Shown one piece after another: positions 13,103 through 27,321 of a stretch of DNA of 64,000 nt. Location: NCBI RefSeq assembly GCF_964355755.1, contig NC_092671.1:27354070-27418069 (forward strand), in the 5' to 3' direction. The translations under genes were made by a program, and so were the position numbers. The stretch is from Antedon mediterranea. Lineage: Eukaryota; Animalia; Echinodermata. Each line of letters begins with the position of its first letter. Position 1 is the first letter of the stretch. The notes beneath the pieces are model-generated. The model ran no database searches. It saw only the letters and a program-made list of their open reading frames with translations, and was not told where the DNA came from.

Positions 13103-14212
13103 AATGGACCTGAAATGGATTTTCGATTTTTTTCATTTTAGAATGATGTTTTGGGGGCTATTAAGTGTTGCTAGAATGTATATTGTTACAAAATATAAAT
13201 TGGCCCTTTTGGGGAAAGCCCCATTTGAAAATCAAAAATATTCGCGGGTGACTTCACTTTGCGAATATATTCCTATCCCTCCAATGGACAATTTGCAGCT
13301 TTTTGGCTATAACTCTTGAAATCTATGGAGTATTTTCTAAAAAATGCTTGTGCATTTGCAGAAACGTATTTTTTTAGATAAAGTTATTACCGTATAAACG
13401 GTTATTCATCGAGTAAATGACGATTTAAAATCTTCAAATCAACGGTTTTTTTCTGGCAATACCGAAGTTAGCCTGGCAACGTTGTCCGGGATACAGCGCT
13501 GTGTGCAATGATGCGTATCCATATTTTCCGTTCGTGTATTTTGTATATCGTTTCGTAATTTATACTGCTAAAATGTGTTAATTTCTTTAGTTTTTAGTTT
13601 AGCAGAATTAAATTAGTAATATGAGATGATAATTTATTTGTCACGAATCAGGCAGTTCGAAAACAAATTTTATTCATATTTTACTTTGGTTTGACAATGA
13701 GCGCAGCAAGTTGTTGATATCGCTTTGGTCCTTGAATTGGATGCACATGAAACGGAGCCTCGCTGCCGCATGTGGGTGGGTGGTGGATCGACCTAGTAAA
13801 GGTTTGGGAGGTAGGCCTTCTAAATTCGGGTTTTAGAACAAACAAAGTAAATTTTAGGGACCTATATTTCAACAACATTAGATATTGAATAAATTAGTAT
13901 TAGTGTCAACGCTTCACGTATCTTTTTAGGCCGTCGATCATTCACTGACTATCGGGCGGCATACACGCTCTCGATATTGTCGTCGTGTGTATATATGTGA
14001 CGTCGTGAATATAGAGGCTTCCGACGGCTGTTAAAATAGAATATTGCAATGGCATGAGTAATTTTCGCTAATTTACCAAGGTATCTTAAAATTTCGTTTT
14101 TTCTCAAAATACTATACATTTTGTTTTTATTTTTATAGGTTTGTGTTAATTTGATACATTTAAATAACATGTGTGAATTTCTTGAAAATCAAAAGTCCAT
14201 TTCAGGTCCATT
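13103..14212. mobile_element. Kolobok-like non-autonomous element
   Basis: TTAA|AATGGACCTGAAATGGA ... TCCATTTCAGGTCCATT|TTAA; TTAA TSD with purine-purine start. Confidence 0.75.
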
Positions 14213-14253
14213 TTAATAATGACCAGAAATACTATTAATTACTAATACTATTA

Positions 14254-17000
14254 CTAGATGGTACGCTCGCTTCGCTCACGTACCATCTAGGTTGTGCCCA
14301 CAGATGGTTCTCGAATACATACCGTATATTTCGGTGTATAAGATGCAATTTGACACGCAAATTAGGTGCGTCTTATACACAGGTCACTTCCTCACGCACC
14401 CTAAAAAGCTAGCAGTGTACAGTAGCCTCAATAACTAGCTAGTAGGAGGCCTACCTAGCCTATTAAAAATAGTGTACTACTCTGCAATGTAGGCCTAGCT
14501 AGTTACTCCTGTCTAATCTTGGTTGATCACCACATTGTGGTAACAAGTTTATTGAATTATTAGTTAATGTAAATTGTCATCCTCGACTGTATTAATTAAT
14601 ATTTACAGTACTTGCATGAGATATTCTACCCAGGCCTATAAATACTGTATTGAATACACACCCGCTGTATTCTTGCAGCATCACAGCACAGCACATTTAT
14701 GGAAGAGTCCATTAATTACGGTGGTGTTACATTTTAATTTTACATCTCTATGTCAACAATCACATAATTTTATAATCATGTAGGCAATAGTCGTATGCAA
14801 GCGATATCTAAAAGAGCGTGTTAAGTAGCTTCCCCTAATTTCATAATGTATATGGCCAACAGTGCTGGCCAGGCAAGGAGCACATGGTTAGTGCTCTGCT
14901 CTCCTCATACAGACTACTATAGCTTCTGCTGTAATGCATACATATGGAAATAGGAAAGATTTTCATATACCATACATGATATTCCTGGTTCATTATCAGC
15001 CCAAAAAACTGAACATCATTTGGATTGATTTTATATAAATTTAAATAACATGAAATTAAAATTACTTAAATAGACATAGGCTAGTCCTACCATACAGTGC
15101 ATCGTAACTGAAACAAGCACAAATGTGCGGTACTTGGGGTACAGCAAAAGAAGCTGTAATGACGTCATAAGACCGGATGTAACGTCACATACTTTATAAA
15201 TCGCACTTTTTACTCAATAGTGTCCAGATGGAAAAAGAAGAGGAGAAGATGAACGAGTCCTAGACTCGGGTACCCCGAGTAAAAACTGGCGATTTCAAAT
15301 GTACATACCGCAGGGCAATAACACATGTCGTTTACAGGAACAAATAAATAGACACTCTGATTGTTGTACTCGACTAAAATGATCCTCTGGGAATTACTTC
15401 CGAAAGAGGAACTTGCACAAAAAATGAGACAAATTTGTTTAGTCAAATTTAAACAAACTTAATTTGTGTTTTGTATGTAACATTAGGGTTGAGGGATGGG
15501 GAAGAGGATGGGTGCAAAGAGGAACAATTTTCAAATATATTCTTTATCCATTTAGTAACGAAATAATAATTGTTTTCATGTTTTACAAATAATATACCAC
15601 TAAACACAGTAAAACATTGCGATGTAATACTTTGTTGAAACTGTCACTGTCATAGTCGATTGAAATACAATACAATACAATACATCACTACGACGTTTAT
15701 ATTTTTTTGTAAAGGAGGTATATGTAATCGGTAGCGTGTGTTTGTTTGTTTGTTTGTTTGTTAGCAGGATTACTCAAAAAGTAATTACAATATCTTTACC
15801 AAAATGAATATACAGATAGATATGTGGTTAAGGACCATTCCCTTAAATTTTGGGGCCATGGTCCTAATTCTGGACCACTTTTTGAGTATACTTTTCAGAC
15901 CTGCTAGTGTTAAAAGATAGGACAGAATTTTTCAAAAGCCGGCGAGCAGTCTTAAAGTAACAAGTAAACTGAAATTGCATTTTCTCGAGAACTACTTGTC
16001 CAAAAAACTTCATTTTTGTAAAAGAGGCAAGAGTTATAATTTTTGATTTGTAATTTTAAAACATAATATGATTTAATGTAGATGTTTTTTGATGCGAGTA
16101 GTTTAAAAAACCTATTTCTTTTCAAATTCACTCGTTTGATTTTCGCGTTGCTGTTCTATTGTTAGTCAACTGAAGCTATTGTTAATTGAAAGGCTTGTTA
16201 CAAACCATTACACTAAACTCACATACACATGCTTGTAGTGAAATTAGCCTAAATCACAAACAGCATTAAGACACACACAAATATATATATTTTGTTTTTT
16301 ACTGGAGAAATCTTATGTAGGAGAATTTTACAGTAGGCGGAGGTATGCACTCTCGGAGTGGCTTTCTAGTTACAGTATTAATTATACAAACGTTAAGAAG
16401 CAACTGTCAGTAATAAAGATTATTTGTATATGTTTATATAATGTAAAACAATTTGTGAAAACCACCTCTTTTCAGGGCAAATGATAAATTCGCTTTAATC
16501 GTCAATAATATTAAATTATCTAACTCAACTTAGTTAGTATTATAGGCCTAATGGTATTCAATTGTTTCTTAGAGCCAATTCATACTTAAGTTGGTTCCTA
16601 CCCACCAAAGTTGTTTTGCGTTTAGAGTGTGATCCTTCGTACCGTAGGTCTGTCCTCTACTGGCTTTACAACGCTACTCATGCCAGTGAGGGGGAGGGTG
16701 GTGGTGTGAGTGGTTTAACTGCAATAATACAGTTTTGTACATAATAGACATCCATCACATCCATTGGACAGTGTATACCACGATCGGGAAAACACCCCTA
16801 TTTAGGGCAAATCGTTTAACTTAAATTCGTTTTAATTGTCGATAACTAATTATCTAACTCAATTTAATTAATAAACAGGGATATCAGATGGTTAAAATCA
16901 GTACCGAAACGACCAACCAACTTTATATACCATTGAGTACAATTCTAGAAATAACGCGCTATTTACCGATTTTTTGCCCTTACGTAAATTTATATATATA
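14254..17000 (-). mobile_element. Non-autonomous Helitron (with nested inserts)
   Basis: GC-rich hairpin + CTAG terminus at 14254-14290; homologous in reverse to 50577-51920, including the TATATAAATTTACGTAAGGGC 5' end. Confidence 0.75.
15710..16370 (+). mobile_element. Helentron-associated non-autonomous element (HINE/DINE-like)
   Basis: AAGGAGGT..(GTTT)n microsatellite near 5' end; 3' GGCGGAGGT subterminal repeat, CACTCTCGGAGTG hairpin and CTAGTT. Confidence 0.7.
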
Positions 17001-17524
17001 TTTCAAACAAAAAACATATCTCTACACAACTTATCCTTAGACAGTAATGTTATGCAATAACTGATGCTTTAAATTGTTTCATTATAGGAATTAAAACAAA
17101 TCCTTTACTGTTTGAAATGGTACTTTTGCACATAATAATTCTGGACAATATTGTTGACCCCCCGCGGTCGATCAAACATTTTGATAGAAACGTCGAGCTG
17201 AACTTCGTTTGTTTGTAAATTGTAGATTATGGTAGTCAATGAAATTTGTTGTGATACTCACTAATAAAAGGTACCTCTTTATGCTTTTTTAACAAAATGT
17301 TTCAGTTTTTTTTTTAGAATAAAATTAAAAGTGACACTGAAACGGGCTCAAATAATGGTGCCAGTGTATAATGATATAAAATAATATTATGCAGCCATCA
17401 AGTGCAGTGTCATATGGAATGATGACAATGTATTGGTCTTTATAGTTTTCTCTGATACCTTTTATAACATGATTGTACTTGCACCCAGATAGAAGGAGGT
17501 TTAATCAAGTTATTCTTATTATTA

Positions 17525-18312
17525 CCGTAGTTCTCCGGGTATAATCCCACCCCCCTTGTACGTGAAATTTGCCCGAATTTGGGAGGTGGGACTATACCCG
17601 GGGATTTCCCGGTGCATTAACTGAAAATGACAATATTTCTTCTGGCTACGATTTAGGCTATCTAAAGCTATATTCCGATGTAGGCCTAGACATTAGACTG
17701 CCAGGTCATCTAGGCCTAGGCGGCCTAATTGGTCTATGCCTACTGTATAGATTTTCTCCCAGATTTCTACTTAAAAAATACCCTAAAATGTGATCTAGGC
17801 CTGGCTTCCTAAATAATATCGACATAACTCATACGAGTTCTCCGTCTCTCCCGATTCCCCATGCTCGAGCTCTGTGCAAATCGCATGTTGTTGCATGTGA
17901 CACGAACTACAGTACTGCTCTGGTCGGTATAGAGGGCGGTGTTTTTTTATGGTAATCAAGCATGCAGTAGTGTAAACAAGGCATGCAGAATGTACACGGC
18001 GAGCGAGTGTGCGGGGAATGCATGATGTGCAGAACGCAAAGATCGGGGCGATGATATTAAGGTTGTATTCAACTTTACGATGGCCTATGTTTGATGAGTT
18101 TTAAGTCAGCCGAATTCAGAGAAATTAATCTATTTTTTGGTGAGAATTTCTTTTAAAAAAATCAACGTCGGCCTAGCTAGCTAGGCCTACCTTTGTCCTA
18201 AGGATAAATTATACACTGGGACTTTGCCCGGGGATATGCTTGCGTGTGAAGGTAATCGTAAAGTCGGGGGTGGGATTATACTCGAGGTGGGATTATACCC
18301 GAGGAACTACGG
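17525..18312. mobile_element. pogo/Tc1-type MITE
   Basis: TA|CCGTAGTTCTCCGGGTATAATCCCAC ... GTGGGATTATACCCGAGGAACTACGG|TA. Confidence 0.8.
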
Positions 18313-20646
18313 TATATTAATTGTGTTATATTTCTTATATCTAGGGTGTATTTATTTAATAATACTTGTTACCATATTACACCCAAAAAAAAAGCCTCTA
18401 CCAAATAAACACACCTCCCCCCCTCCCCACCCCCTAAAAACCCTCTGAACAATAAATGCTCGGGGTGTTTATTCGGATAAATACGGTAAGTTACTTCTAG
18501 CATTCTGAAAAGAACTGTTGAGTTTGAAGTTTCTATCAAAATGTTAGTCGTCCTCAGAGGTCAACAATATTTTCTAGCATTATTATCAGCAAAGAACAAT
18601 TACAAACAGTAAGGGATTTGAAACCATTTAAAGCATCAGTTATTGCATAAAATGTGCTGTCAAAGGATAAGTTGTGTAGAGATATGTTTTTTGTTTGAAA
18701 CATTAGTAATTAATAGTATTTTTTGTCATTTCATTTCATTATTTATTTGGTCTATTTGAGTATATACATAACAAAAAAAACCTGAAATTAGGGAGACCAG
18801 GGTCAACCTAAGTGAACTGAATCACTGTAGCTGAGCTGGTTAACCAGATTTTCTATTAGAATCTACGCTCGCGCCAAGGTCACATTTTCGTTCGCCAAAA
18901 TGGCAAAAGGTTTTGAAAAACATTAGCCAAGTTTAAAATCCTTTAGCCCAATTAAAAAAAACCATAACAATTCGCAAAAATGTTTATTAAATAAATAATG
19001 CATGTGTTTGGACGGAAATACGAATAGCGTAACGGATGATGATGAGACTGGCAGCCACCCTCTCGTACCGAGTTAAAAAAAAAACATGTAAAAGATTGCT
19101 GTAAAGCAGAGTGGTATAGCGTTTCATGCCATATGACCAAAAAAACTAGGTCTGTAATTACGGTCTTCTGTCGGCAGTCTTTTTGAGCAACCGATTGTGG
19201 CAATTCATTCTAAATATAGTATCAGAACGTTTTTCTCGGCATCGTTTCTGGATGGACTGGACGTTCGCTATATTATGTTTATTAGTTGGCCTGTTCGTTG
19301 AGGTTCACCTGTGTTGGTTCATGTCTGTACATTTACATCGTGGGAAATTTATATTTATATTCGCCGTTGAGTAGGTAAACACGCACGAAGAAAAAAAATG
19401 CAATTAAAAAATGTTTATTTTTTTGTAATTTACAACTTGGTCGTCCGCCAGTTAAATTTAACACATTAATTTCACACCTTCTTACTTCACTAAGAACATT
19501 GTAGAGTTGTTTATTAAGGTTACAAACTCCCTACGAAGTTCAGAACGTAGCTCATTGAAAGTTGTTTATTGAGGTTACGAAGCCAAACAATGGAACCTAC
19601 GAAGCCAACAACGTAGCCTACGTTCTATCTACGAAGCTACGTCGTAGGTAAAGTTGCAGTACTTTCTTTCTGTACTGTACCTGAACAATCAAGGACACAA
19701 ATTAATATTTCTTTATATATAAAAATAATTATCTCTTTTCGTTGTTGATTCGGTCCTCCTGAAATATATGTACTAGGCCTACTTTTTATATTTCTAATGA
19801 TTCAAATATACCAACAACAAAACATAACCGATTATATGTTTACAAGCGTAGAGAATGAATGTAAATATGTGTATTTCGAACAATTTGATACCAAATTTAA
19901 GTTTCTAGGACCGGTACAGAGATATGAAAATGCCCTGGTATGTGGGTCAAATGTCAGAAATGGCATTTATGATAATTTTTGACTAAAATGCCCATAGACT
20001 GAATATGAATGCATGCCTTCTGAACATTTTGAGACCAAAAAACCAATGGTTGCCGAGATACAAGTACCTATTTATATTTGTTTATACTGTATAACCCTTG
20101 ACTTTGACCTTTTGTAAAAATTTTCAAAATGTGTAACAAATAACAAAATTTATATTTCGAACAATTCAAGACCAAATTCAAGTGTCTACGACCAGTAGTT
20201 ATGGAGATGTATACATGCCCGTGGTTGTGGTCAGAAATGCCATTTTTGACTAAAATTTCCCATTAGACTGAATATAAACATATACCTTCTGATCAATTTG
20301 AGACCAAAATTACCTCACTGTGACAAGTGGTTGTCAAGATTTAAGGACCTATTGGTGTTTGGTCTTATAACCTTTCACCCTGACCTTTTGACCTTTCGCC
20401 ACATTTTCAAAATGTGTAACCAGCCAAAAATGTCTGAAGTCAAACCTCAAAGTGCATACGAAAGTTGATCTAGCTACTAGAGTATATTATTTAATGAGCC
20501 ATTTATCTTTTAACTCAATACTCTCCACCATCCAACAAATACAAAACAGGCCTACCTAGGATACGTCAACAATATATTCCTATTATTAGCCTATTCCTAT
20601 CTAGGGCCTAGATATTATTTAATACTACTTTTCCATTATATTGCAG

Positions 20647-20662
20647 CCAATTCTGTACATGA
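20647..20662 (+). CDS. USP37: Candidate terminal coding exon of the USP37-like gene
   Basis: TTTTCCATTATATTGCAG acceptor in phase 2 gives YMNDQFCT*, followed by AT-rich UTR-like sequence with AATAAA; no homology support. Confidence 0.3.
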
Positions 20663-22397
20663 TGTAGTTCACACACACACTAAAGTCATTGAAGATCAGG
20701 ACTAATCTTCCATCTTGTTTTTATTTAAAGAAAAAATAGATATTAACAACTTGATAATGATATAAAGTTGTTAATATTTAGTATAAGTAAAAGTTATTGA
20801 CTTATCTATTTAAATAGATTTAGTTAGTTTTTTGAAGTTTTAATATACATACTTGCTTTCTAGTTGCACTGTACTAGTTATAAGTTTCTTCCTCAGACGA
20901 GACTTTACATGTCCATTTGGCAATAAATGCCATGTTTTGTAAAACAAGCAACTACTTTTTGCCACTTTTTGTTTTGTTATTTAAAAATGTTTTAACCAGT
21001 GTATATAATAATGTTAATAATACACTGTTACAAATGAATGGTTATAAAAAAATAAAACAAATATTTTATGAAAATATAATTTATTATAAGATTATTAGCA
21101 TCGTTTCGTTCGTTCGTTTTTTATCAAGAAAGCTTAGTACCAAATGAAATATAGTGTCTATATTATTATTGTTCTTTGACGGCTCCAAAAGGTCTAAATT
21201 TTCCCATTAAAGCACTTTCCTGTGAAACAAATAGATAGGCGCAGTATTGGTCTATATGTTTTGATGGTCAACCTCTATTAAGGGGACATGCCTATTGAAT
21301 GGACATTTTGCTGGGTCAAGGTGTTTCTTAATAGGAATTGTTTTGTATTATGTACTGTATGACACTCGCATTATTTTAACAGTAACAGTAAGGTTTTCAT
21401 AATGTTTTTTTTAAATAGTTCATAATTATAACATAACATAATAAAAATACTGCACATATTTTCTTGTCAACAAAGTGCAGGAAAAAAGAAGTTGAAAACT
21501 TACAGGTCATCATTTCCCCCCCCCCCCCCTTGTTTTAAATTATATTGTGTACAATTAAATTCTGGCGTAAGGCAATATACATATAATGAAGTTCAGAAAA
21601 GAAAAAAACAACTTCACTTAAACAACATTAAAAACAATGTTTCTGTTTATACATTCGTTTCAACTCGAGAGATTTAAATTTCTTAAGGCAACATTACACA
21701 AATTCCAGAGTTTAACTCCTACTGATAAAATAAAATGTGATCTTTTTGTAGTTCTTACAACATTCATTCACACTTGCCCGCTTTTTAAAATTGCTATGTA
21801 CACTTACAATGATGAGGTTTATAAACTAGACAAAATATTTATTTTTTTGATAGAAATGATTTTGTCAACTTTGAATAAAGTCAAAGAGAATTCCATTTCA
21901 CCTTCTAAATTGAGAGTTTTACGTATACAGTGTTTCGTATATGTCAACTTTTGATAGTGCTCTTTGTGCAGTACACGAAACATATGAGGGAGAGATAGAG
22001 CCTCGTTTGGATGGGCATTTTTAGATTGTTTTTATGTTTACCATTTGAATATCACTGGCGGGATTAGTGTTTCTTCTCATTCAAATAATACTGTACAATA
22101 ATATAATATACTGCCGTTCCATTACAGTTTTGTTTAAACTTTCACTTTTATACTAATTACTCTATGCAATCATTTTCTCTTAATTTGTTTTAGTTTGTGT
22201 TTGAGTTTTAAACATTTGAAGATAATGGTAAAATCTACTACCATTGATTGAAAATGCATTTTTATGTTTTGTTGGCATTATTTTGGTTTTTGGTATATTT
22301 CAATAAAAATTATACATTAAACACACAAGGGTATTAATGTTTTTCTTTGCTAGTTTTTCTGTAAATGATTTTATTTATCGTTTCTGTTCTTAGTTAG

Positions 22398-22899
22398 TAG
22401 GAACTTTACGAAACACGACCACGAGGAAGCCACAGGATGGTGCTCATGAATAATTTATGCATGAGCTTTAACAAAGTGGACAGAGCTTAGCGTGAAATTC
22501 CGTAACTTTTTGAGGATGATAAAGTTGCCATTTTCCCATTTACGGAGAACGACTAGAAATAATGTATATATAACTATAATGCACAGTTCAAATTACACTT
22601 TGAACTCTAAATAATATTTGGACTTCTAATTTTATTATTTAATGAAATAACATTTTTATTAGGTTAAAATGGCTCTGTTAAAAGCGGCGTTTGAATGCGA
22701 GGCCCCTAGCTAGGAAGGCAAGCCTATGCTGTATCACCAGAGCCAAGCGATTCAGAAGGGCCCGCGACAGGGTAGGAGGAGATACTGCCGGTCGTCTAAT
22801 GACTAATGAAATGGCTATGGCTTTTTATGATTTTACGCTCTAATAAACACAGGATATTGGTCGTCCCTCCCCTAACTGTCATTTTTCGTAAAGTCCCTA
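22398..22899. mobile_element. TIR MITE
   Basis: TAGGAACTTTACGAAA vs TTTCGTAAAGTCCCTA inverted. Confidence 0.6.
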
Positions 22900-23143
22900 T
22901 TACTGGATAGGGAAATGTTTATTGAGATGGTAAATGAGTCATGCAACTATTTGATTTATTGTTTTGGATTTTTTATACATTAAAATTTAGAGTTAGTATA
23001 ATGTAAGCACTATAAAATGAATTATTACTGTATATAATAATATTTAACCTCCAGCCATGCCTCCATTCACAAAAAAGCGACCAGAATGGTTGAATTAAAA
23101 GAAATCTATAATTAAAAAGTAGAGTAGAACTATAAAATGAATA

Positions 23144-23600
23144 CCGTAAATCTTCTAATTGTAACTCTGGGTTATTATTGTTTTTTAGGGCGGGTTACTA
23201 TTAGAAGCGGGGTTACTATTAGAGTAGTGGGTTACTATTAGAGTAGTGGGTTACTATTAGAGTAGTGGGTTACTATTAGAGTAGTGGGTTACTATTACTA
23301 ATCTTAAATTAGGCACCTGAAAATAGTAGCCCACCCCAACTTTTCTGGTTAGCAAATCATAGCAAAATAGTACGAATAAATACATTTGTTTGAACTCTAA
23401 CTTTATTTTATAAACTCAAAAACACTCAATCCTCCCCACTCCTGAGATCAACATGCATTATCTCCTTGTTTTCAAAATACTGCAGTATAGTAAACAACCA
23501 GTCTTCATAAATGCCATTTTGTCAATATTTTTTTTGACTCTATAATATTAACCCCATGGGTTACTATTAGAGTAGTGGGTTATTATTAGAAGAATTACGG
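23144..23600. mobile_element. pogo/Tc1-type MITE with internal 19-bp tandem repeat
   Basis: TA|CCGTAAATCTTCTAAT ... ATTAGAAGAATTACGG|TA; GGGTTACTATTAGAGTAGT repeated several times at 23190-23297. Confidence 0.75.
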
Positions 23601-25073
23601 TATTTAAATTATAAAAAAAAATAGTTTTAGGAAAAAAATATCCTTTAAATAAAAAAACTCTTGTTTGCACGTGGGTATTACCATTACCATTGTATTTGAG
23701 AGATATAGTAGCTTCAATTAAGGAGAACGATCTGAAACTAATTTATTTTCGTTCGTGTAATCTAATAATTGTTAATTTAAATAGATATTCATTTACATGG
23801 AACGGTCGTACTGTAAAAGACCAATATAATTGTATTCATTTTATTTCCGACGCTTCACTTAAAACGGTGGCACTCAAAACTGTTGTGCAGTCAAGTATCA
23901 TTTATTGTCATTTGTGCAGTACTTAAAGTACCTAAAACATGGTACATACAAATCATTAAAATAACTATGTATTTACAAAGACAAGAAAAAAGCAAGAGCG
24001 AAAACACAATCATTAATTAAAATCATTGTTTTTTAGCTTTAAATGTTTCTCTCAAGCAGCTTTCGCAAAAATCCTTGTCTAACACTACCCATGATAATGG
24101 GTAGAAAATGATTGGTTACCTTGATAGTTACAGATAATTTCGTTCGCGTTTGAAATTTGACGCATATAATAACCTTATTGAGTTGGCCTACATAAAATAT
24201 GCAGCCAATTATCATCATGATCTTCTTCAACTTCATTCACTCTTTCTGTGTATTCTGTAATATTTCCAAATATAAGCTTGGTGTTTTTTTTAAAAACGAA
24301 TTTTATAAACAGTTTAAGATATGCATGTATTGAGTGTGTTGAGCATATAGGCCTAAGCAGACGATATAGGGCTACAATAAATGTTTTCTTTGGCGAAGGG
24401 AACGATGGAAGAGGAATTTCACCTTTGAAGAAATAGAAGAATGTAAGTATTTTATCATCTGAAATTAATCCTGTAAATATCTGTGACCGACGTCACCTTG
24501 CAAATGTTAAAAGGCCTAGACCTTTAAGTGAATGTCAACAACCAGACCCAAAGTTTGTGTTTACCAAACATAGCAACTTTTGTGTTTTATGTTTACTACT
24601 GTATTAAAGAAACTCTGTAAATCACCATAATTGTGTTGCAAATGCCAACAAATTGAAAAGAAATCGAGATTTGATCAATTCTGTTGAAGTACTCTAATAC
24701 AGCTTAGAAGATCCCCACATACCTCCGGTAATAATCAAATTCAATGACCAGTTAGTTGTAAAAAGACTACGGTTAGAAGGTGGAGAGGTGATTGTTGGAA
24801 CAAACAAAACCTCAAATACATTATTGTCCTGTACAATACAATTGTACACAACATTTAAATATTTTACTACATTTTTTTAAATGTTCATCCAGTTTTTTGA
24901 CATAGCATGTATCACACATATAAAGTGCAGTATAAAAGTAGGCACAATTATTTATTAAGGCAAACTTAGATTGTATGTATCTCTCAACTCAGCTTAATAA
25001 ATACAAAAATAACAATATTACTGTATACTAACTTATTGGGGAATACATAACAAATATTAATGTTTTTTTACAG

Positions 25074-26780
25074 CCACGAAAAATAGGCTTCATAGCCAAT
25101 CCAACAGTTTCCAGCAGCATTTGTTCTAAAAAAACACTAAACAGAAGTTGCCACAACATACGTGAGTACAGCCAGAGTGTCCGTAAAGACGCTTTCCATG
25201 AGCAGGATATTGCCATGATGAAATCCACACCAAAGATGACCATTGAAGAAACGGGTACTCCAAAAAACATCATGGTGGACAAGGCACTTGCATTGATGAC
25301 GGATTTAAACATCATCTGGAACCAGCTATTAAAGATAAGAAGGTGATGATCATTATTAGTGTCATTTGTGTATTGAACAAACTTAAATATATTGTTCAAT
25401 CAGATGTTCTGTTAATGATGTACAACTCGTTAAATTTGCCTCACCTAATATATGCAATAACTATTTGGGAAGTTGCGGGGGAAATGAAGCTACAGAGAAT
25501 ACATATACCGGTACTTCAAAAACGAGCGATCAGAATTATATACAAATACTCGCTCATGTAGCGTTCACTTTTGTTACTTTTATTTCTATTTGTACTTTTA
25601 TTGCTTTATTTGCTAATTAGATATCTGTATTATAGGGTAATGTGTTTAAGAGCTTCGGCTAATTGCATACCTGTTTTGTATCAAATATGTTTTCCGTTCA
25701 TTATGATTTAGATTAAACTTATAGAAAATATTCTTGTAAAAGACATACTGTATATATATATTCTGTTGATACAAATAAATGGTACGTATAGTACCGCAAA
25801 TAATTAATTAATCTAAAAGCAAAAAAATACAGCAAGAATGTATAAATAATTTTAGTTCTTTGTAAAATCATTGTTGATTGTATATACATATAGGTATATT
25901 CCAGGGATACCGTCAGAAAAGAAAATGATGCAACGACGAGAGCTGTCTTGAGAATGAGATGCTCCTCTTTCATTTCACAAAACATCAAGCCATGATTATG
26001 AAAGAGGTAGCTGTGGTTCCCGATATCAAAGGAATTGTCTTAATCACCTTGATGAGTATCACTTGTGAGTAGAACACTTCATTTTCAGTCGCTAAAAATT
26101 CTTCAATATTGAAATATCTGTTTTAAAAAAAATGTTAAATACAGTATTATTTTCTTTTCAAAGACAAGGTAAGCTTCAAATATTTCACAACAATTAAATA
26201 TGGTTGAAATTCAAAGGGGATCACGGGGGAGAAAGCTTCAAAGCAGAGGTTCAAATTATCAGTGCTGAGGACTCAAACGCTGTCAGAAATGTAATAGTTG
26301 TACTCATGTTTCACGTCAAAGACAGTGTATACAATCTGTAGGGTAACCAAGCACGTGCAAGATCTAGATGGTCAAAAATGGAGGTAAGAAAACACAAAAT
26401 ATAAATGGTGGCAGTAGTTCTTAGTTTAGCACTCCAGTTACTAATTCCTTTGATGTTCCCAAGTAATAACAAAACAATAAAATAATCAACTTTTCTCTTG
26501 TTCAGGGAGTATAAGCTGAGAACTTTCTTTTTTGGCGACTACGATTTCATGACAAAGGTATATGGAATCAATGGACCTAATTGTAAGTACAAATAATAAC
26601 CTTGTAAAAACTAAATATGAAAATGAAATACTCATATTTTTATTATTAAGCTCAAAATGAGCTTCAACGTCTGTTTACAAGTCGCTACTGTTGTGTTTTT
26701 TGTAACAAATCAAGAGAACAACAACAGAAAAAACACCACCCAGCGAAATTAGGTCCCTGAGCTCCTTGGAAATTGATATG
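25074..26780 (+). pseudogene. Spliced RAG1-core/Transib/Chapaev-related transposase pseudogene
   Basis: Exon remnants 25074-25342 (LALMTDLNIIWNQLLKIRR), 25905-26064 (IPSEKKM), ~26165-26383 (IWLKFKGDHGGESFK), 26506-26582 (FFFGDYDFMTKVYGINGPN), 26681- (RYCCVFC); stops, frameshifts and an acceptor reading AA. Confidence 0.65.
25345..25560 (+). mobile_element. LINE RT C-terminal fragment in the pseudogene intron
   Basis: LLMMYNSLNLPHLIYAITIW...LQKRAIRII, typical CR1/L2 ORF2 tail. Confidence 0.7.
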
Positions 26781-27321
26781 GGAAACAGAATTGTCCAAAG
26801 ATGTTTCATACAGTGTTATAAGGGTGGGGAAACAGAATTGTCCAAAGATGTTTCATACAGTGTTATAAGGGTGGGGAAACAGAATTGTCCAAAGATGTTT
26901 CATACAGTGTTATAAGGGTGGGGAAACAGAATTGTCCAAAGATGTTTCATACAGTGTTAGAAGGGTGGGGAAACAGAATTGTCCAAAGATGTTTCATACA
27001 GTGTTATAAGGGTGGGGAAACAGAATTGTCCAAAGATGTTTCATACAGTGTTATAAGGGTGGGGAAACAGAATTGTCCAAAGATGTTTTATACAGTGTTA
27101 TAAGGGTGGGGAAACAGAATTGTCCAAAGATGTTTCATACAGTGTTATAAGGGTGGGGAAACAGAATTGTCCAAAGATGTTTTATACAGTGTTATAAGGG
27201 TGGGGAAACAGAATTGTCCAAAGATGTTTCATACAGTGTTATAAGGGTGGGGAAACAGAATTGTCCAAAGATATTTTATACAGTGTTATAAGGGTGGGGA
27301 AACAGAATTGTCCAAAGATGT
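26780..27321 (+). repeat. 47-bp minisatellite, ~11.5 copies
   Basis: GGGAAACAGAATTGTCCAAAGATGTTTCATACAGTGTTATAAGGGTG with period 47. Confidence 0.95.

Larger units (their letters stand above)
14233..18716. mobile_element. Long-TIR element whose left arm is split by a Helitron
   Basis: CTATTAATTACTAAT (14233) + TTTCAAACAAAAAACATATCTCTACAC... (17001-17200) together are the reverse complement of ~18530-18716. Confidence 0.6.
12477..20484. mobile_element. Composite region bounded by ~600-bp inverted arms (one long-TIR element or two inverted Helentron-like copies)
   Basis: TACTCTAGTAGCTAGATCAACTTTCGTATGCACTTTGAGG at 12477; its reverse complement ends at 20484; homology ~12477-13100 vs ~19850-20484; TATTAT directly on both flanks. 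Confidence 0.7.

Noticed and set aside
22394-22450. Alternative terminal USP37 exon after TTCTTAGTTAG
   Set aside because: The putative coding part is the TIR of the MITE at 22398-22899
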